Shown: positions 12,231 through 26,128 of the stretch, piece after piece | Layout: each line of letters begins with the position of its first letter | Position numbering within the stretch: position 1 is the stretch's first letter | Source: Sphagnum compactum | Lineage: Eukaryota | Direction of reading: 5' to 3' | Assembly: GCA_965153455.1 (NCBI GenBank) | Contig: OZ234493.1 | Coordinates: 35,330,213-35,394,212 of the forward strand | DNA length: 64,000 bases | The notes under the pieces: generated by a model | Databases searched by the model: none | The model's input: only the letters and a program-made list of their open reading frames with translations | What the model was told of the DNA's origin: nothing | Position numbers and translations under genes: made by a program

Positions 12231-15200
12231 CTAGGTCCCACATTGCAAGGGACACAACTGGTCACCAGCAGCTTGAAGCACATGGAGACCCATGCTTGCA
12301 CTGCTACTGTGCAAGGGAGGACCCAAATTTGCCTCTGAAACTGGTTTAGAATAAGTGTTAGCAAGTGCCTGGAAGAAATCAACCACCTCCTCTGTGGAAC
12401 TCAGAGAATACCTGGCAGCAGAAGACTTGCGGCCAACAGCACATGAGAAATAAGTGTCTGCTGATATGTTCATCACAACTGAAGAGTCAAGCTCCATTGT
12501 CTCCCGATCAATATTCTTGCGGTCCTTGAAGCTATTAGACCTAGTGTAGGATGAGCCATTGCTTTCTGGTGACATTAAAGAACCAGATTTAGTGCGCACA
12601 ACTGGCATCTTATTACTTTTGGCTAGATATCGATCACATGATTTTGCAGCCAAACGACGATCGCCTGCAGGTTTGTCCAGCTTTCCATTTGTGGTCAGAT
12701 GGGTGCTGGAATGACGATCCCTTTCAAATGAAGGCTTGGGATCAAAGTATGTGTACACGTCTTCATCCTGCACAACAAATCATCAGGTGTGCCACTCTCA
12801 ATAGCAGATCCAAATATCAATCAAACAAAATCTCTTGGTGTGGAAATTATGGTGGTTTGTTTGTGTAGGGTAAAGCAAAAGGCAGATTTTTTTTCCCATG
12901 CGATACCCAGCAGATACCTGCCAGGCATCAAGGTGAAAAAATGAAAGTGTTTCAAAAAAATGAAACACCTGCAGGAGCAGCCATTACTTTTTTTGAAATG
13001 CCCACCCTTTGCAGAGGAAAAATTCCATGAAGTAGGCACCCTTCAACTACACTACAGAAATCCACCCAGTGCTTTACACATGATTGATGCACTTCAGTCA
13101 TGAGTCACCTATACTCAGAAAAGAAATTGATTTTCACATCTGAAATAACAGCAGACAAACACAAACCTTGCTAAGGAAATGGCCCATGCACATGACATAA
13201 TCAATTTGAAGCCGCATGTCCTTGCTCCGTATAATCTCAGCTATAATGCGGTCAATGGCAGCACCCTGCAGCAAGCAAACATGAAACAGATTTTGTTCTT
13301 TTCAGTGAATGATCACAAGGTGAGAAAAGACTGGCAGGCAGAATTGTAAACTCACTGAGCTCACAACCACACATATGGTTGAAGACCCACCACTCTGCAA
13401 GCTCTGGGGCAATACTACTACACTAACCATTGTCACCAACACAAGATGGGCCAGAGTGAACCAACAGTGCACCATGGGGGATGGATGGGTAGGGGGACTG
13501 AAAACACCTTTCCACTGGATTCCAAAGCCCTAGCTAACCACAGTGGTTGGATCAATTTCTGTTTTTACTACCTGCCTACTAACAACCCAGGAGTCCTTAT
13601 CTATGTATTAACCATCGATATGCATCTCTGTACCTTGTTGCCACCTATTATCCTACCTATTTAGCTACCTACAAGACTTTATCCTTTACTGGATCGGTTA
13701 CCAAGGTGAATCCCAACAGTCCACTACACTGGGTTTCATCCCACAGGCTTCCAATGGATGGTGTGCTGTTGGTTCTTCACTATGACCCAAGAAGATGCAA
13801 ACCAATTTCAGATCTTTCTTGACTTTAAGCAAGTACAATAGAAGAAAATTCATCAGGGAATAATACCTTACAGAAAAATAACATACCTTTGACACACCCA
13901 CAGGACGGACCTCAACTGACTTGCTGCCTTGAACAACATCAACAGCTGCATTGGAGATGGGACCTGTCCATAAATGCTGCAACATATTGCGAGCTTGCAC
14001 TCTCCCAAACTCACCATCTGCTCACAAAAATATGTATGCCACAAGTCTTAGTAAGACTTCAAATTGAACACATAACACAGCACACTTCCCATCATCCTCT
14101 ACACATGCACATCGCCACTGGTTCCTTCTGTGTCTGAAATGCTAGATACTTGGGAAATGCAGCTGTTGAGGTTGCTGAAAAAAGACTTGGCAATTCCTGA
14201 CTCCCACCCCCATAAGCAAAAGATTTATTTTCCCCTCTGGATGAAGTGAGCATCTATGTTTTTCCGAGCATGCAAATCTACTTGTTTTTTGGGCTATAGG
14301 GCAGAGGAAGCCTAGAGATTTAAAGCTTGATGAAGTTGCAGAGAAATCTCCACAACAACAATTAAAGGTAACACGACAATGAGTGCAGTCATAACCTCAT
14401 GAGAGTCGCTCACAAAGTGACAGACCATCACCTTCATCACGAATGGCAGTGATGAGCTGCCATGACTACCCACCAAGTTCATCAGCTCCCAACAGTGGGA
14501 GATTTAAAACTGATATCTTACCTGCATACTTGTAGTTCCACACTAGTGATGTCTCTCGGGTCTCGACAAATGATCGAGGTGTTCGCTCACAGAAGTAGTC
14601 AAACACAAGCTTCAGCAACCCAAACAAGATGACAAAAAGGTTCCATCAGATGGATCAAGATAATTGTCACACAAAACCTTGCTATCCAGGACAAGTTTTT
14701 TTCTGCAATTTATCACCTAAAAAGCAGCTTGCTTTCTCTGCAAAAATTACAGATAACACGTTTTTGGTACCAACCCTCACAGCATCTCACAGCCTGGGGG
14801 ACAATCAAGATGCAAAACAAAATCGATACAGAAGCAATAATAATGCTCCCATCACGAAAAGTCCGGTTTTCTAGACCCAGCAAGCTCAGAGTTTCAACAG
14901 TGCAAAACAATTGGGAAGAAAAATTCAAAAAAGCAGCATTACCTGTACACTCTCAACCCAATCCATGTTCAGAGGTTCAGGCATTGTGGTCATCCATTCA
15001 CCGTGCGTATGTCGCAAGAACATACCATTCTCTGCTGCAAGCCACATGCTGTAGTCTCCAAAGGCCTGTGATAAAAAGAGATATGATTTCAGGAGGATAC
15101 AAAAATGATGACAAATTAACTTAGGAATTGATAAGACTCTCACAGCTGCAGGTGATGAAACCGTAACTCAAACTCAATTTGCCAAAGTACTCTTTTTCCC

Positions 15201-18200
15201 AACTAGTGTAAGTAAATATGATTCTGATGGCCTTTTTGCAGATCAAAAGATAAAGCGAACAGACCTCATCCAGGACAGTCCGCTCACTGCCACTCAGAAT
15301 TACAAGGATGGTGTTTGGGTCTGCACACAGAGTTGCAAGTGAATCTCTCATGCCTGGATGCAACTGCAGATTCATCTCCATAATCTGATCGGGGCCCCGT
15401 CTTCTTGGACCTTCCACTTGTGCGGTTATAGTAGCATTGAAACCCTGCATGCATTCACGGTCCTGCTGTGTCATCCCAATTTTGAACCCACAGTTTCACA
15501 AGTAGGCTGTATCTGTGTTCTCAAACTTTCTCACAAGAGAAAATGACTTGACAGCACAGCTCGATGCTAACTACTTCCACATATCAAAATGGATCCATGT
15601 CTGTGAACCTTCTGCAAAACATCACATGCTTTTTGACAAAGTGATATATGTACAAACAAATTTTTTTGAGTTTTCTCTACATCCTAATCTGTTCCAATGG
15701 ACCTTACAATTTCAGACAAGGCTATGCACCACTCTTCCATGTTTGGGATACACTAGTACCAATTGAAGAACCATGCAAAATTCATTTGTCAAAGAAAAGA
15801 AGGCATACAAGAATAAGCAATCGGTTTTTGGACTCTCGAAACCTTCCCACAGCTGTCTCCAACGGCAAGTGCAGGAGAGTATGCAATGTTCGAAGTTCAG
15901 CTTCCACAACTGTGTCATTCAACTCACTGACATTCACAGCCACCCAAGACAAAGACACCTTAGCCCATCTGCATGTTGTGAATTGGCCCAGGAAATGTAA
16001 CTGAAGGGGATTAAGGAGTCTGTCTGCATAACCGTAACATTTCCATTACCCATCACTTAAAGCTGTTGTTACATGTCAACAGACATGACACTTTTGCTGT
16101 ACAACATTTACCTCTGATCAATGAGCTCCAATACTCACATCCTTAGGCAGATCTGAAGCATATCAGCAGACCACAGTACCCTTGTAAACTTTTATTTACC
16201 TGACAAATGTGTCCGCCCAGGCCTGAGCAGTGTGAGTTGTGACATGAGTGAAGTTGTGACGTTGCCGTTCCTTTCTCTCATTTTCAGGCATTTTGAGTGC
16301 AACTTCAATGGCCCCACACATCTCCCTTATGTTCCAAGGGTTGACCAGTAATGCACCAGCACCCAATGACTGAGCTGCCCCTGAAAACTGTGTCATTCAA
16401 ACAGAAAAAATTCTGATAAGTCTCTCAAGAAGGATGCCTTGCTGTGAGTTCTGGACAACATAGAGTAAGTACCCAAGGACATTATATCAAGCAAGTTCCC
16501 ATGCTGCTCATATTCAAGTTCCAGAAGCCACAGTAACTGACCTCACTCAAGACAAGCACGCCTTCGGTTTTCTTTGAATTCTGGCAGGCAACATACTCAT
16601 AGCTCACAAGGTTCATTCCATCTCGGAGTGATGTCACCAATGCCACATCTGCTCCCAAGAAGAAAGCCCCAACCCCACCACCATCGGTATATTTCCACTA
16701 CCACTGGGCAGCAGAGGCTAGCATGGCACGCACCGCAGCTTGATTAGTAAACCTCAATGATGGCATCATACTGGCAGAGAGAGCAAATGTACCTGTGCTG
16801 GCATAAAGAGCACACAACTCATGGAAGGCAAGAGACCGATCCTGCAACCACAACAACAAATCCATCAGTAAATCATTCACTTTCAGATGTCAACAAGGCA
16901 ACACGAGACTTGAACACCCATCCTCTGGGGAAACTTTGCCTCTCAATTTGCTGGACAACAATCCATCCACATGACCTACTTTCCTCTTCTCCCTTTTTTG
17001 CATATATTATTCAGTTTCCATCTACCATGCTTGTGTTTTTCTGCTGACCATCTTTTTAAATCTGGGAACAGAGCAGAAGCCAGAGGAGGAACTTGCCAAA
17101 TGATGGATGGGTACAAACGTGACAGAGCCAAAACGACCATTGATACGACCCACAATCTCATGCACCTGGCTTGCAAGTCGTTGATCTGGAAACCACCCAA
17201 AAAACATGTCCTCTTAATGAGGCCAACGACAACTTATATCACAGATTTGTGTCCAAATTTATGTACTAAGCAGGTTGAGGACTTCAGCCAGGAAAACAAT
17301 TCCATTCAACATCATACAAGAACTGGCAAAGATGTCCCCCTTCCAGGAGAATTGGATTAAGAGCTTACATTCAGGAACATCTGTGCGAGTGGGCACAGCA
17401 ATTTGCACAAGCAAAACATTCTCTTGCCACTCTGGGTGCTTTTCCAGAAACATCTCAAAGGCCAGCAACTTTTGTGGGATGCCTTTGATCATGTCAAGCC
17501 GGTCAACCCCCAACATGACCTATTTTACAGCAAAGAAAAAGTCAGAAAGTGACAGTGGTATTCACAACACACTGTCTCAAAGGTACAGGAAAGCTCAAGA
17601 AAAACATATAGGTACTGCAAAATTGATCACTTTCCTCCCATCACTGAGAGCCAACACCAACACAACTGTGAGAAAAAGGTACACAAGAAAACTTTCAAAG
17701 AATTCTTGCAGAGTCAGTATATCCTGAATTCTCAAATGTGAAATTTGCTGAGATAGTAATTAAATAGAAAGAGAGCCACCTTGCGACCAGCAAAGAAGCG
17801 TCGCAGTTCTTTGATGTGTAGCTTAACTTGGTCTGTTTCCAAGGCTTGGATGAACCTCTCTGGGTCAATTCCGATTGGAAACTGCATCACAAATAACAGC
17901 TTGTAAGCATTTGTTCATCTCTGGACCAAAAAAAACTCTGGTACATTCTTCAACAGAGGCAAATCATTCTATAGGAAGATGCCTGCAACTTAACAAAGCC
18001 TTATCAGATAGTTCCATTCTCAGACACACTGCTGCTTGTTTCTCCATCTCTTTACCCCAAAACTCAGATCTCTTTGTTATTAAAGGCAAAAGAGAGTGTA
18101 CAGCTGAAACTCGAGTGAGCTTGCCATGATCCTCCACACCCTCAGGTGTACCCTCTAGACCCAAAATACGTGTGCATGCGCTCACAAAATGCCTGGCATA

Positions 18201-21082
18201 GTCATATGTGTGAAAACTGCAAAACAGATGACTGTCACACAGCTCAAGCCTCTGTCTGCATCTGACAGGAGGACAGCAACTGTTGTAGCACAGAGAAAAA
18301 AGAAGTAGACAGGTGCTTTTGAACTTCTGGTGTTTTGACTTTCTACAGACCCTTGCAACTCTCTCACCCTTTGACTTTGATCACACCATGGGGGGGACAG
18401 ACAGGCAAGAAGAAAGAGGGAATGCACACACGCACCCAATCAGATCTGCTGTAAGTACAGCCTTCAACAGCTCAGACCGTAGAGGTAATGTACGGTATAT
18501 CTCAGATGAAGGGAATGGCGTATGCAAGAACCAGCCGACTTTCATGTGGGAATCCAGGTCTTTCAAAAACTTGGGCAGGCACATGAGGTGATAGTCGTGA
18601 CACCACACTACATCCCCCTCCTGATATATATCCCAACACCACCCAGTTTCAAAATTCAAAACTAGAGATGCGTGTGCCTTCAGGTACACCACAGGTCAGA
18701 GCACAAACATGACAATCAGATGAAGTGGTAGAAGACATTGCCAAATGCTGCAGCTCCTCAAAGTCCAAAATGAGATTGGTTTGAACTTTGGTTGGCTACA
18801 TGGCTGTTCATTGATCAGTAGTCTCCTTGCCATGCACCAGGCCAGCGAAGAGGATTATAGCTCAAAGCATTCATGCATACCGACCAGCACTCCTCAATGC
18901 AACTTTTGACTGTTACCTGATACTGAGAAAACACAACTCGAGCAAACAACTGGTTGGCATGCTTGTACGCATTGAACTGTGAATCCATACTCCGGGTGGC
19001 AGCGAGTCGATCCTCCTGGGGAAGCCCAATGTAGTGAAAGAGGGGCCACAACACATTATTGCAGTAGCCATTGTAGTACTGGTCCACAGTATCTTCATCC
19101 AAGAAGACAGGTACGCAACCCTGGATCCCCACAACATCCAGAGATAATTTGTCAGATAATCTCCGCTGCAGGTTGGTACCTCAGAATCTGCAAGAAGCAA
19201 ATGACTACTAATCTATAAAATATTTCTATCCCACTTTCGACAGCTGCTGCACAATCTTCTTCTACTTAGTCCCCTGCTTTGTCTGCTACAATCCAGTTGA
19301 TTTGGGCATCGGAGAGAAGAAACCCTTTGAAACCTTGAGTGCTAGTGCCTCAGTCAAGGAAGCACGCCCTTCCTCATCCGGTACATTTACACCTGCCCAT
19401 CCTATCCACCTTGTCTCAAAATTCTGTTTTACTCCTGCAACAATCAATCAATCAACATTGTGCTGCCAATCAGTCAGTTGTCAGATGCACAGTGTGTTGT
19501 CACCCTCTACAAAAGAAAGCAAGCAAGATGTGCGAAGTTTGTTGTGCAGGGGTGTAAATAGTAATGCAGCAGCAGGATCCCAGCTGCTGCTGCTCCATCC
19601 ATCCATGTCTTTGGCACAGTGAAATGCACATGTGTGTGTGTTTTGTGAGTGAGGTTGCAAGAGGATAAAAAGCAGGAACAACCCAATTACACTGACTATA
19701 TATATTCTCACCTCTTCAACCATCATCCCCCTGGAGATGTGTGGCAGGCAGTAGTAGTAGTATTGTGCCTAGAGAAAGAAGAGGCACAGATGATCAGAAC
19801 ATGTGCAATGGCAAGCAAGAAGAACCCTGTTCCCAAGTCCAAATTGAACATGCAGCAGCAGCAGCGGTGGCAGTAGTAGTATTAGTAGTGTATGTGTGTG
19901 ACTCGATTTTTCCTGTTGGCTGGCCGGCATGAAAGAAGAATTTTTCTTCTTAGTCCGAAGAAGGAGAAGAAAGCAACAAGGCACAACAACAAGGATATGG
20001 GAAGAAGAAGACGAGGAAACACAAGAACCAGAGAGAAAGAGATAGGTTGGTGGGTCCCACCACAGTGCTTGACCATTGAACAGTTTTGCTACAAGAAACC
20101 GATGGATGGATGGACGGACAGACAGAGCATGGGGACTGATGGTGGGTGATGGGTGGGTAAGGCACTGTAGAATCAATCATCAGCAGCTGCAGAAGACACC
20201 TCCAATTTGCAGCAGGTGTCTGTCTGTGTCTGTGTGTATCTGGCTGTGGATCAAAGGGTTTGGCCGAGCTACCCTGATGGTGAAAAACAGAAGAGGGTTT
20301 AGAACAAAAGCCTGTGAGAGTGGGATGGTGGGTGCATGTGAGGGGGAGAAGCTTGCATCTTCCTGAAACCTTTGCTGCTATTGAGAAAGCAACGATTTCA
20401 TACCCAGAAGAGCACTCACAAGGCCTCCAGCACTGAGCTTCAAATCCCAACCATCCCCATCACGAATGGCAGACACAGGCAGACGGTTGGCCACCACCAG
20501 CAGCCTTTGTGCCACTCGCTGCTGTGGCTGCTGTGGCTGTTGCTGCCCCGAGCTCAAATTGCCCGAGCTCTCATAGCTCTCCACTCGCCGCACCCCTTCT
20601 CTTCTCCCTCCTCCTCCTCCTCCTGCAGCAGCGGCAGCAGCCTGGTGGTGGTTGTTGTTGTTGTTACCTGCTGTGCTACGCGGCTGCTCCACTGCAGATC
20701 GTCGATCGCCGGCTCCCGCTCCCATGCCCAATCCCCCATTCCCCACACTGGCATCCGGCTTGCCCCCTTCACTCGCAACTGTGCAGCCGCGGCTGCCGTA
20801 ACCCCTGCGCCCCTGCAGCACCCGCGAAGAAGAAGATGCTGATGGCGCGAGCCCCGATTGGGTGGTGCTCAGCTCTTGCTGCTGCGCGTCGCCTAGCGAC
20901 GCCGCCCGCACCCGAATGCTGCTGCTACTGGGGCTGCTACTGTTCTTCAGCTCCCGCGGCGTCGATACAGAGAGGCAGCGACTTTGGGGACTGTGGCTAT
21001 GGCTGGAATCGTCGCAGCCTTCTCCTTCCCATACTGGCTTGCTTCTCTCTGGCGGCGCCTTGAGTGTCAGTACGTACGGCAT
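12231..21082 (-). CDS. TPS1: Class I alpha,alpha-trehalose-phosphate synthase (TPS1-like), 18 exons, ~1081 aa
   Basis: Exons (minus): 21082-20404, 19434-19334, 19120-18917, 18620-18436, 18216-18102, 17881-17780, 17519-17369, 17185-17097, 16841-16793, 16648-16542, 16387-16200, 15926-15809, 15444-15265, 15065-14943, 14609-14522, 14017-13887, 13265-13167, 12767-12231. Phases are consistent and total 3246 nt. Motifs: [81 protein letters not shown]. The TPP-like domain has GFNAT in place of DxDGT, as expected for class I. Confidence 0.96.
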
Positions 21083-21841
21083 ACGCCTACTCCTCCCACT
21101 CTCTCTATCGTTCTTCCTTCTCTGTCTCCCCCCCCCCCCAACCCACCCACGCCGCAGCAACTCCCAAATCCTCCTCCTCCTCTTTCCTAGAAACAAAACC
21201 CAGATCCCCTCCCTTCCTTTCTTTCTTTCTTTGGAATTCGCACAACCAATTCCTTACCAAAAAACCAAACACTACACACCAATCGGTTGAGCTTCTCCCG
21301 AAAAGAGAGAGAGAGAGAAAAAAAAAGATTGTGTGTGTGTGTTTTGGAGAGATGGACAAAAAGGATGATGAGAAGAAGCTCCCCTGCTAACTTTTGACAG
21401 TGACAAAGATGTTCCTCTCTCTTCTTTTGCAAACAAAAAAGATGATGACAGCCACCCACGAAGCTCTAGAGCTCTAGTGCCACCCAATTGCTGCGCACGG
21501 ATTGTTGCTGGGCTGCTGCTGCTGCTGCAACTACTACTACTACCCTACTACATTTGGGTCCTTGAATGAAGAACCTTGAACGGAAAGCCCACGTCTGTGT
21601 GTCTGTCTGTCTTTCTTCTTCCGCGGCAACTTCACCATTCAAAGAAAGATCCAGATCCAAAACACAACAGGAACAAAAAAATGTTGGCGACTTTTTCAAA
21701 AGGTTTTTTTCTTTTTCTCTTTGTTTGCAACAAGAATCCAACAAAAACCAAACATAAAAGCTGGGCCTGGGAGAGACAGAAACAAAAGAAGTAGAAGAGA
21801 AACGCCCACCCGCCCATCCATCCAACCCTTTGAAGGCAGGG

Positions 21842-21843
<2 letters not shown>

Positions 21844-21878
<35 letters not shown>
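21844..21878. repeat. (TG)n microsatellite in the low-complexity 5' region of TPS
   Basis: Direct reading; neighbouring (GCT)n, (CA)n and poly-C tracts extend to ~23.4 kb. Confidence 0.95.
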
Positions 21879-21881
<3 letters not shown>

Positions 21882-24059
21882 CACTACTGCTATAGAAATG
21901 TGTGTGTCGGAGGAAGTCAGATACCACATACCCAAATTCGCTGCTGCTGCTGCTGCTGTTGCTGCAAATGGGTGGTTGCAAGTCCCGGCTGCTGCAACAC
22001 ATGCTATGGACCACGCGGTTGCTCTCGCCTGCTTTGCTTGCAAAGTTTTGACACCAGTGCAGCTTGCTATTTTGAGCTCACAATCCCATGTGCTCTAAAC
22101 CGAGCCCACACTCACAAAAAGAGAGAGACGCAAAAGGCAACATACAAAGCAGCAGCAAGCAGCAAGCAGGTGCAAATGCTTCCCCCATGTAATGCAGTGC
22201 AGGAGCAAGACAAAAACAAAGGGCAACTTTTACATTGAATTCCAACCCCTCCTCCTGGATTGTCGTCCGCATACCAAAATGTACAAACCAAAATCGTGCA
22301 AAAAACCACTACTGATCACAGAAAACGCCCAAAAAAAAAACCATACACTCTCTCTCTCTCTCTCATACAAGAAGAATAGCAAGCAAGAGCAGGATGAATG
22401 AATTGCAGGGAGTTGCAGAATTTGATGAGAAGGAGCAGTTTGAGAAGAGGAAGAAGCTGACAGACAGCAAAAGATAGACACCCAATGTATGTATGTACAA
22501 AGCACACAGACAGACACTGTGTCCAATGGCTGGGCTGGCTGAACTGGATGTTGTTCAACAAGCAAGAGGCTCTCTCTCTCACACAGCAAGTCTAGCCTTC
22601 TTCAAGGGACTCAAGAAATTGAAGAAGAAAATCTTGACAAGAAGCAAGCAGCAGCAGCAAGATGCCCAATGTGTATAGAAGAACAACTCCACACAAAAAC
22701 TTTGCCGCAAATCCAACACACACACACACACACAACACTAGAATGTTCAATGGGACACTACAGAAACCAGACCCAGAAAGTCACAAGCTTTAATGGAAGA
22801 GCTGCTGCTGCTGCTGCTGCTGAAGAATTTGATGAAGACAATGTACAAGCAAATGGTGATAATGAACAAGCAAATGTACCCACTTTGGAAAAGACATCAA
22901 ATTCTTTGCAAACCCCAACAGACACAGACACAGACACAAACAAGCATTAGAATGAAGGAAGGAACTTGGGGGCAGTAAGTGAGGAACCATCCATCACCTT
23001 CATTGGGACTGAGTGGCTTCAACAATTTTGATCAGATCAAGCTAGCTCTCCCCAAACCAACCAAAAACAAAACAAACAAAAACAAAAAGCCCACAAACAG
23101 AAAAGTGGGCAAACAAAGCAACCCACAACACATAACCTTGCAACAACAAAATCAACAACAACAGCAGCTGCTGCAGCAACGACTTCTTCTTTTTTAACAG
23201 CAACAAAGAGAGGAGGAGGAGAAGGACGGAAAGGTAGAGAGAAGAAAGAAACCCCCCCCCCCCCCCCCCCCCACAAACAAAAAAACCCCAAAAACATTGT
23301 TCTGGAGTGTTGCTCACTAAAATACTAATATCTAGACTATTGTTGTTATTGTTGTTGTTTTTTTTCTTTGGGGGGGGGGTAATTTAGTAAAATGACTCTT
23401 CCTTTTTTCAGTCCTAAATGTAGTAGTTCCTTCTTCCCTTCACCCCCAAAAGAAAAAAAAAAAAACTCTGCTTTTGCTGTTGCTATTTTAACAAACAAAC
23501 AAATAGACCTTCTTTTCATTCCTAAAAATACAATAACCCCCTCTCAAGGAAAATTTTTAATTAACAACAAATACTCTTATTATTATTGTTGTTTGTTGTT
23601 GTTTTTTTTGCTAATTACCCCAGTAGCACCTAGGCTAGTTAAGCAGTAATTAATTATTTTTGGAATTTTCAAAAAAATTGAATTGAAAAAAAAAAACCTT
23701 CCTATCATGATGAAAATCTGAAACAAAATCTCAAGCACACACTACCTTAGCTTCATTATTTAGTATGCTAATGCCTAATTTGTAAAATATTATATTATTA
23801 ATGAAAAAAATATTCTAATTAAAAAGATAGTTATTGGTGACAACAGTTCCCACTGACATCAATTCCATTGTGACAAAACCCTCATTGATCTTGCAATTTG
23901 CTAGGACCTATTTTAGCCCCAAATAACACACTACTTTTCATTCCTCAAAAGGAGTTCAGTTCCATCAATTAAAGAAGCTGTCCAAATTTAGTGATTCATA
24001 TTAATTTAATTAGTTGCTTGGTGCCTTCCAAGTTCAGAATTATTTTTTTCCCCAGTGCT

Positions 24060-24330
24060 TCTTCATTGATTGGCCCATCATCAAAAAGTTCTAAAGCTTT
24101 GGAGACTCCCCAATTTAGAACTATTTCTCTCCAACCAAAAACAATAGGAAGTTCTAAAGTTCCCACCTACTATGTAGGATCCAATACCACGACGACAACA
24201 ACAACAATTGGGCAAAGAATATGGGACAAAGTGAGATGCTATTGACAAACACATTGAGAACTTGAGGAACATGTCGAAAAACTGATTGGGAGAATTTATG
24301 GGAACACAATGGGAACACAAAAATATACAA
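24060..24330. repeat. Dispersed repeat; second copy at ~52010-52330
   Basis: Shared gattggcccatca(t/c)caaaaagttctaaa(g/a)ctttggagactccccaat ... gacaaagtgag(a/g)tgctat at both loci. Confidence 0.75.
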
Positions 24331-25567
24331 TTCTATTTCTATTACTATACTTTGGTCTTCGATGATTGGTCTAGGTACCCAATTGTTTAATGAATACCGG
24401 AGTTGAGTTCAGTCTTTATACGCGTGGAGGTTTTAAGTTTTTAGACTTGAATTTGGTGGTCAGGTTGGCTTGGGTTGGCTTGGGTTGGTTGGGTTGGGTT
24501 TGGTTTTACCCCCATGTTATTGGATTGTGGCCTGTGCTTGGCTTGTGATACCTAATGAAGTTGTCATATGCTACTGTATGGAAGCCAAACCCATAACCCT
24601 CGATGTCACGGAAGTTGGCGTAGTGGCTCCTATCAGGCTAACCTATCGGATTGATGCTCAAAGTGCGAATGTGCTTAGTGAGGAATGATATCAGCACGGG
24701 CTTGGTACCTACAATGAAAGTTGGACTCGGTTGTGCTTCTTTTTTGGCTTCCTTTTTTGTTCCGACCCAAATCATCTGGTGGGGTCACATAGTCAAGGGT
24801 CGGCCACAACCCAATTGAATAAATCCAACTCTTGCCAAACACCTACACCAAACCCTTTTTTTCTCTCAACCCCCCCCCCCCCCCCCCCCCCCCACCCTCC
24901 GGGTCATCCCCCCTTCCCCTACCCACCATCATTCCTTCTTACAAGGGTGCGAAATGTAACTACCATAAACTTTAAATGTGTTCCCAATGTTAATAGTTCT
25001 TGGCAATGTTTCAACCGGTGGCATCTTTTCATGTATCCTAAAATTTGTGTTGTGAAGGATGGCATTTCGGTAAGTTTTTTCATTTGTGTGTTCTAAAGTT
25101 CCCAATGATGGTTCTTATTGCTTATGTGAAAAATTGATGATGGGTTGGGTGCCAAGTGAGTTTTGATTCACTCAACATGTCTTCTTCTCAAGGAAGGAAA
25201 AAGTGGAGATCGCCTTGTGCTTCTTTCTATGTGTGAGCCTAGTCGAATGTTTTGTTTTGCCATGTGTCAAAAGATTCCATTCTTTGCCTTAGCAAATCAC
25301 ATCGTGCATGTGATCATGGCTAAAAGCGAGTGAGTTTCAACCCCACCATCTTTACAATTGCATCCTGCCACATGAGAAGAAAGTGGTCGTGGCCCCCAGA
25401 CCAACTCCATCCTCCCTCCCCCCCCCCCCCCCAACCTTTTCCCAACCTTTTCAACATGGAATGACCTTCTTAGGGTTCAAGGGGTTCCCACATTCTCACC
25501 TCTTCATCAAATTGTGGTTCCATTGCGAGATTGTAGTCAAATACTACTGGTTTCCATTACAAAAATA

Positions 25568-26128
25568 CTAGTGTGTGCCCCGTGCATAATGCACAGGTGT
25601 GTTATTTCAACAATGTTTGGTTCAACCCCGTCGACCCCCCTCGCCCGGTCCTTCACATTTCTCACTCCGGTTCTTTAACTCGTCGAGCCTCCCCCACCCG
25701 GTCCTTCGTATTTCCCACTCCGGGTCTTTAAACCGTCAATCCCCCTCGGCCCGATCCTTCGTATTTCCCACTCCAGTTCTTTAACCTTTCGATTTCGATT
25801 CTTGAGAACCCAACAGGAACGAAAGAACCGTCACACTGGGTGTAAGTGATTATTAAACAAAACTGTTGAAGGAATGAAAAGAAGGTCATTTGTTTCTCCT
25901 ATCTCACTTCATATTAAGAACCTTCGTTTAGTTAACTCCTATTTCTCAGACCTTTCTTTTTTGACTATCTTCTTTCATCAAAGCAAGTTGTAATGAAAGC
26001 AATTTCATAAATTATTCTCTAAGTGAAAGCTGTGAACGGAGAACTTAGCTAGAACAACAGCGTCATCCTACTTTGACCTAGTGTGGAAGGAACTTGGAGT
26101 GAGCGATTTTCCGACCCGAAAGACATGA
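25568..26128 (-). mobile_element. Putative non-autonomous Helitron (3' end well supported; 5' end tentative)
   Basis: On the minus strand a GC-rich hairpin CCTGTGCA-TTA-TGCACGGG is followed after a short spacer by CTAG|T at 25568, the canonical Helitron 3' signature. Three ~50-bp subterminal repeats lie at ~25620-25790. Candidate A|TC 5' end at 26128. Confidence 0.6.

Noticed and set aside
21083..21196. Longer TPS N-terminus (MFLGKRRR...) from the ORF track
   Set aside because: It begins at a non-ATG codon in purine-rich leader sequence. The first in-frame ATG is at 21082.
21466..23320. Numerous overlapping 60-180 aa ORFs
   Set aside because: They derive from microsatellites ((TG)n, (GCT)n, poly-C) and show no domain signal.
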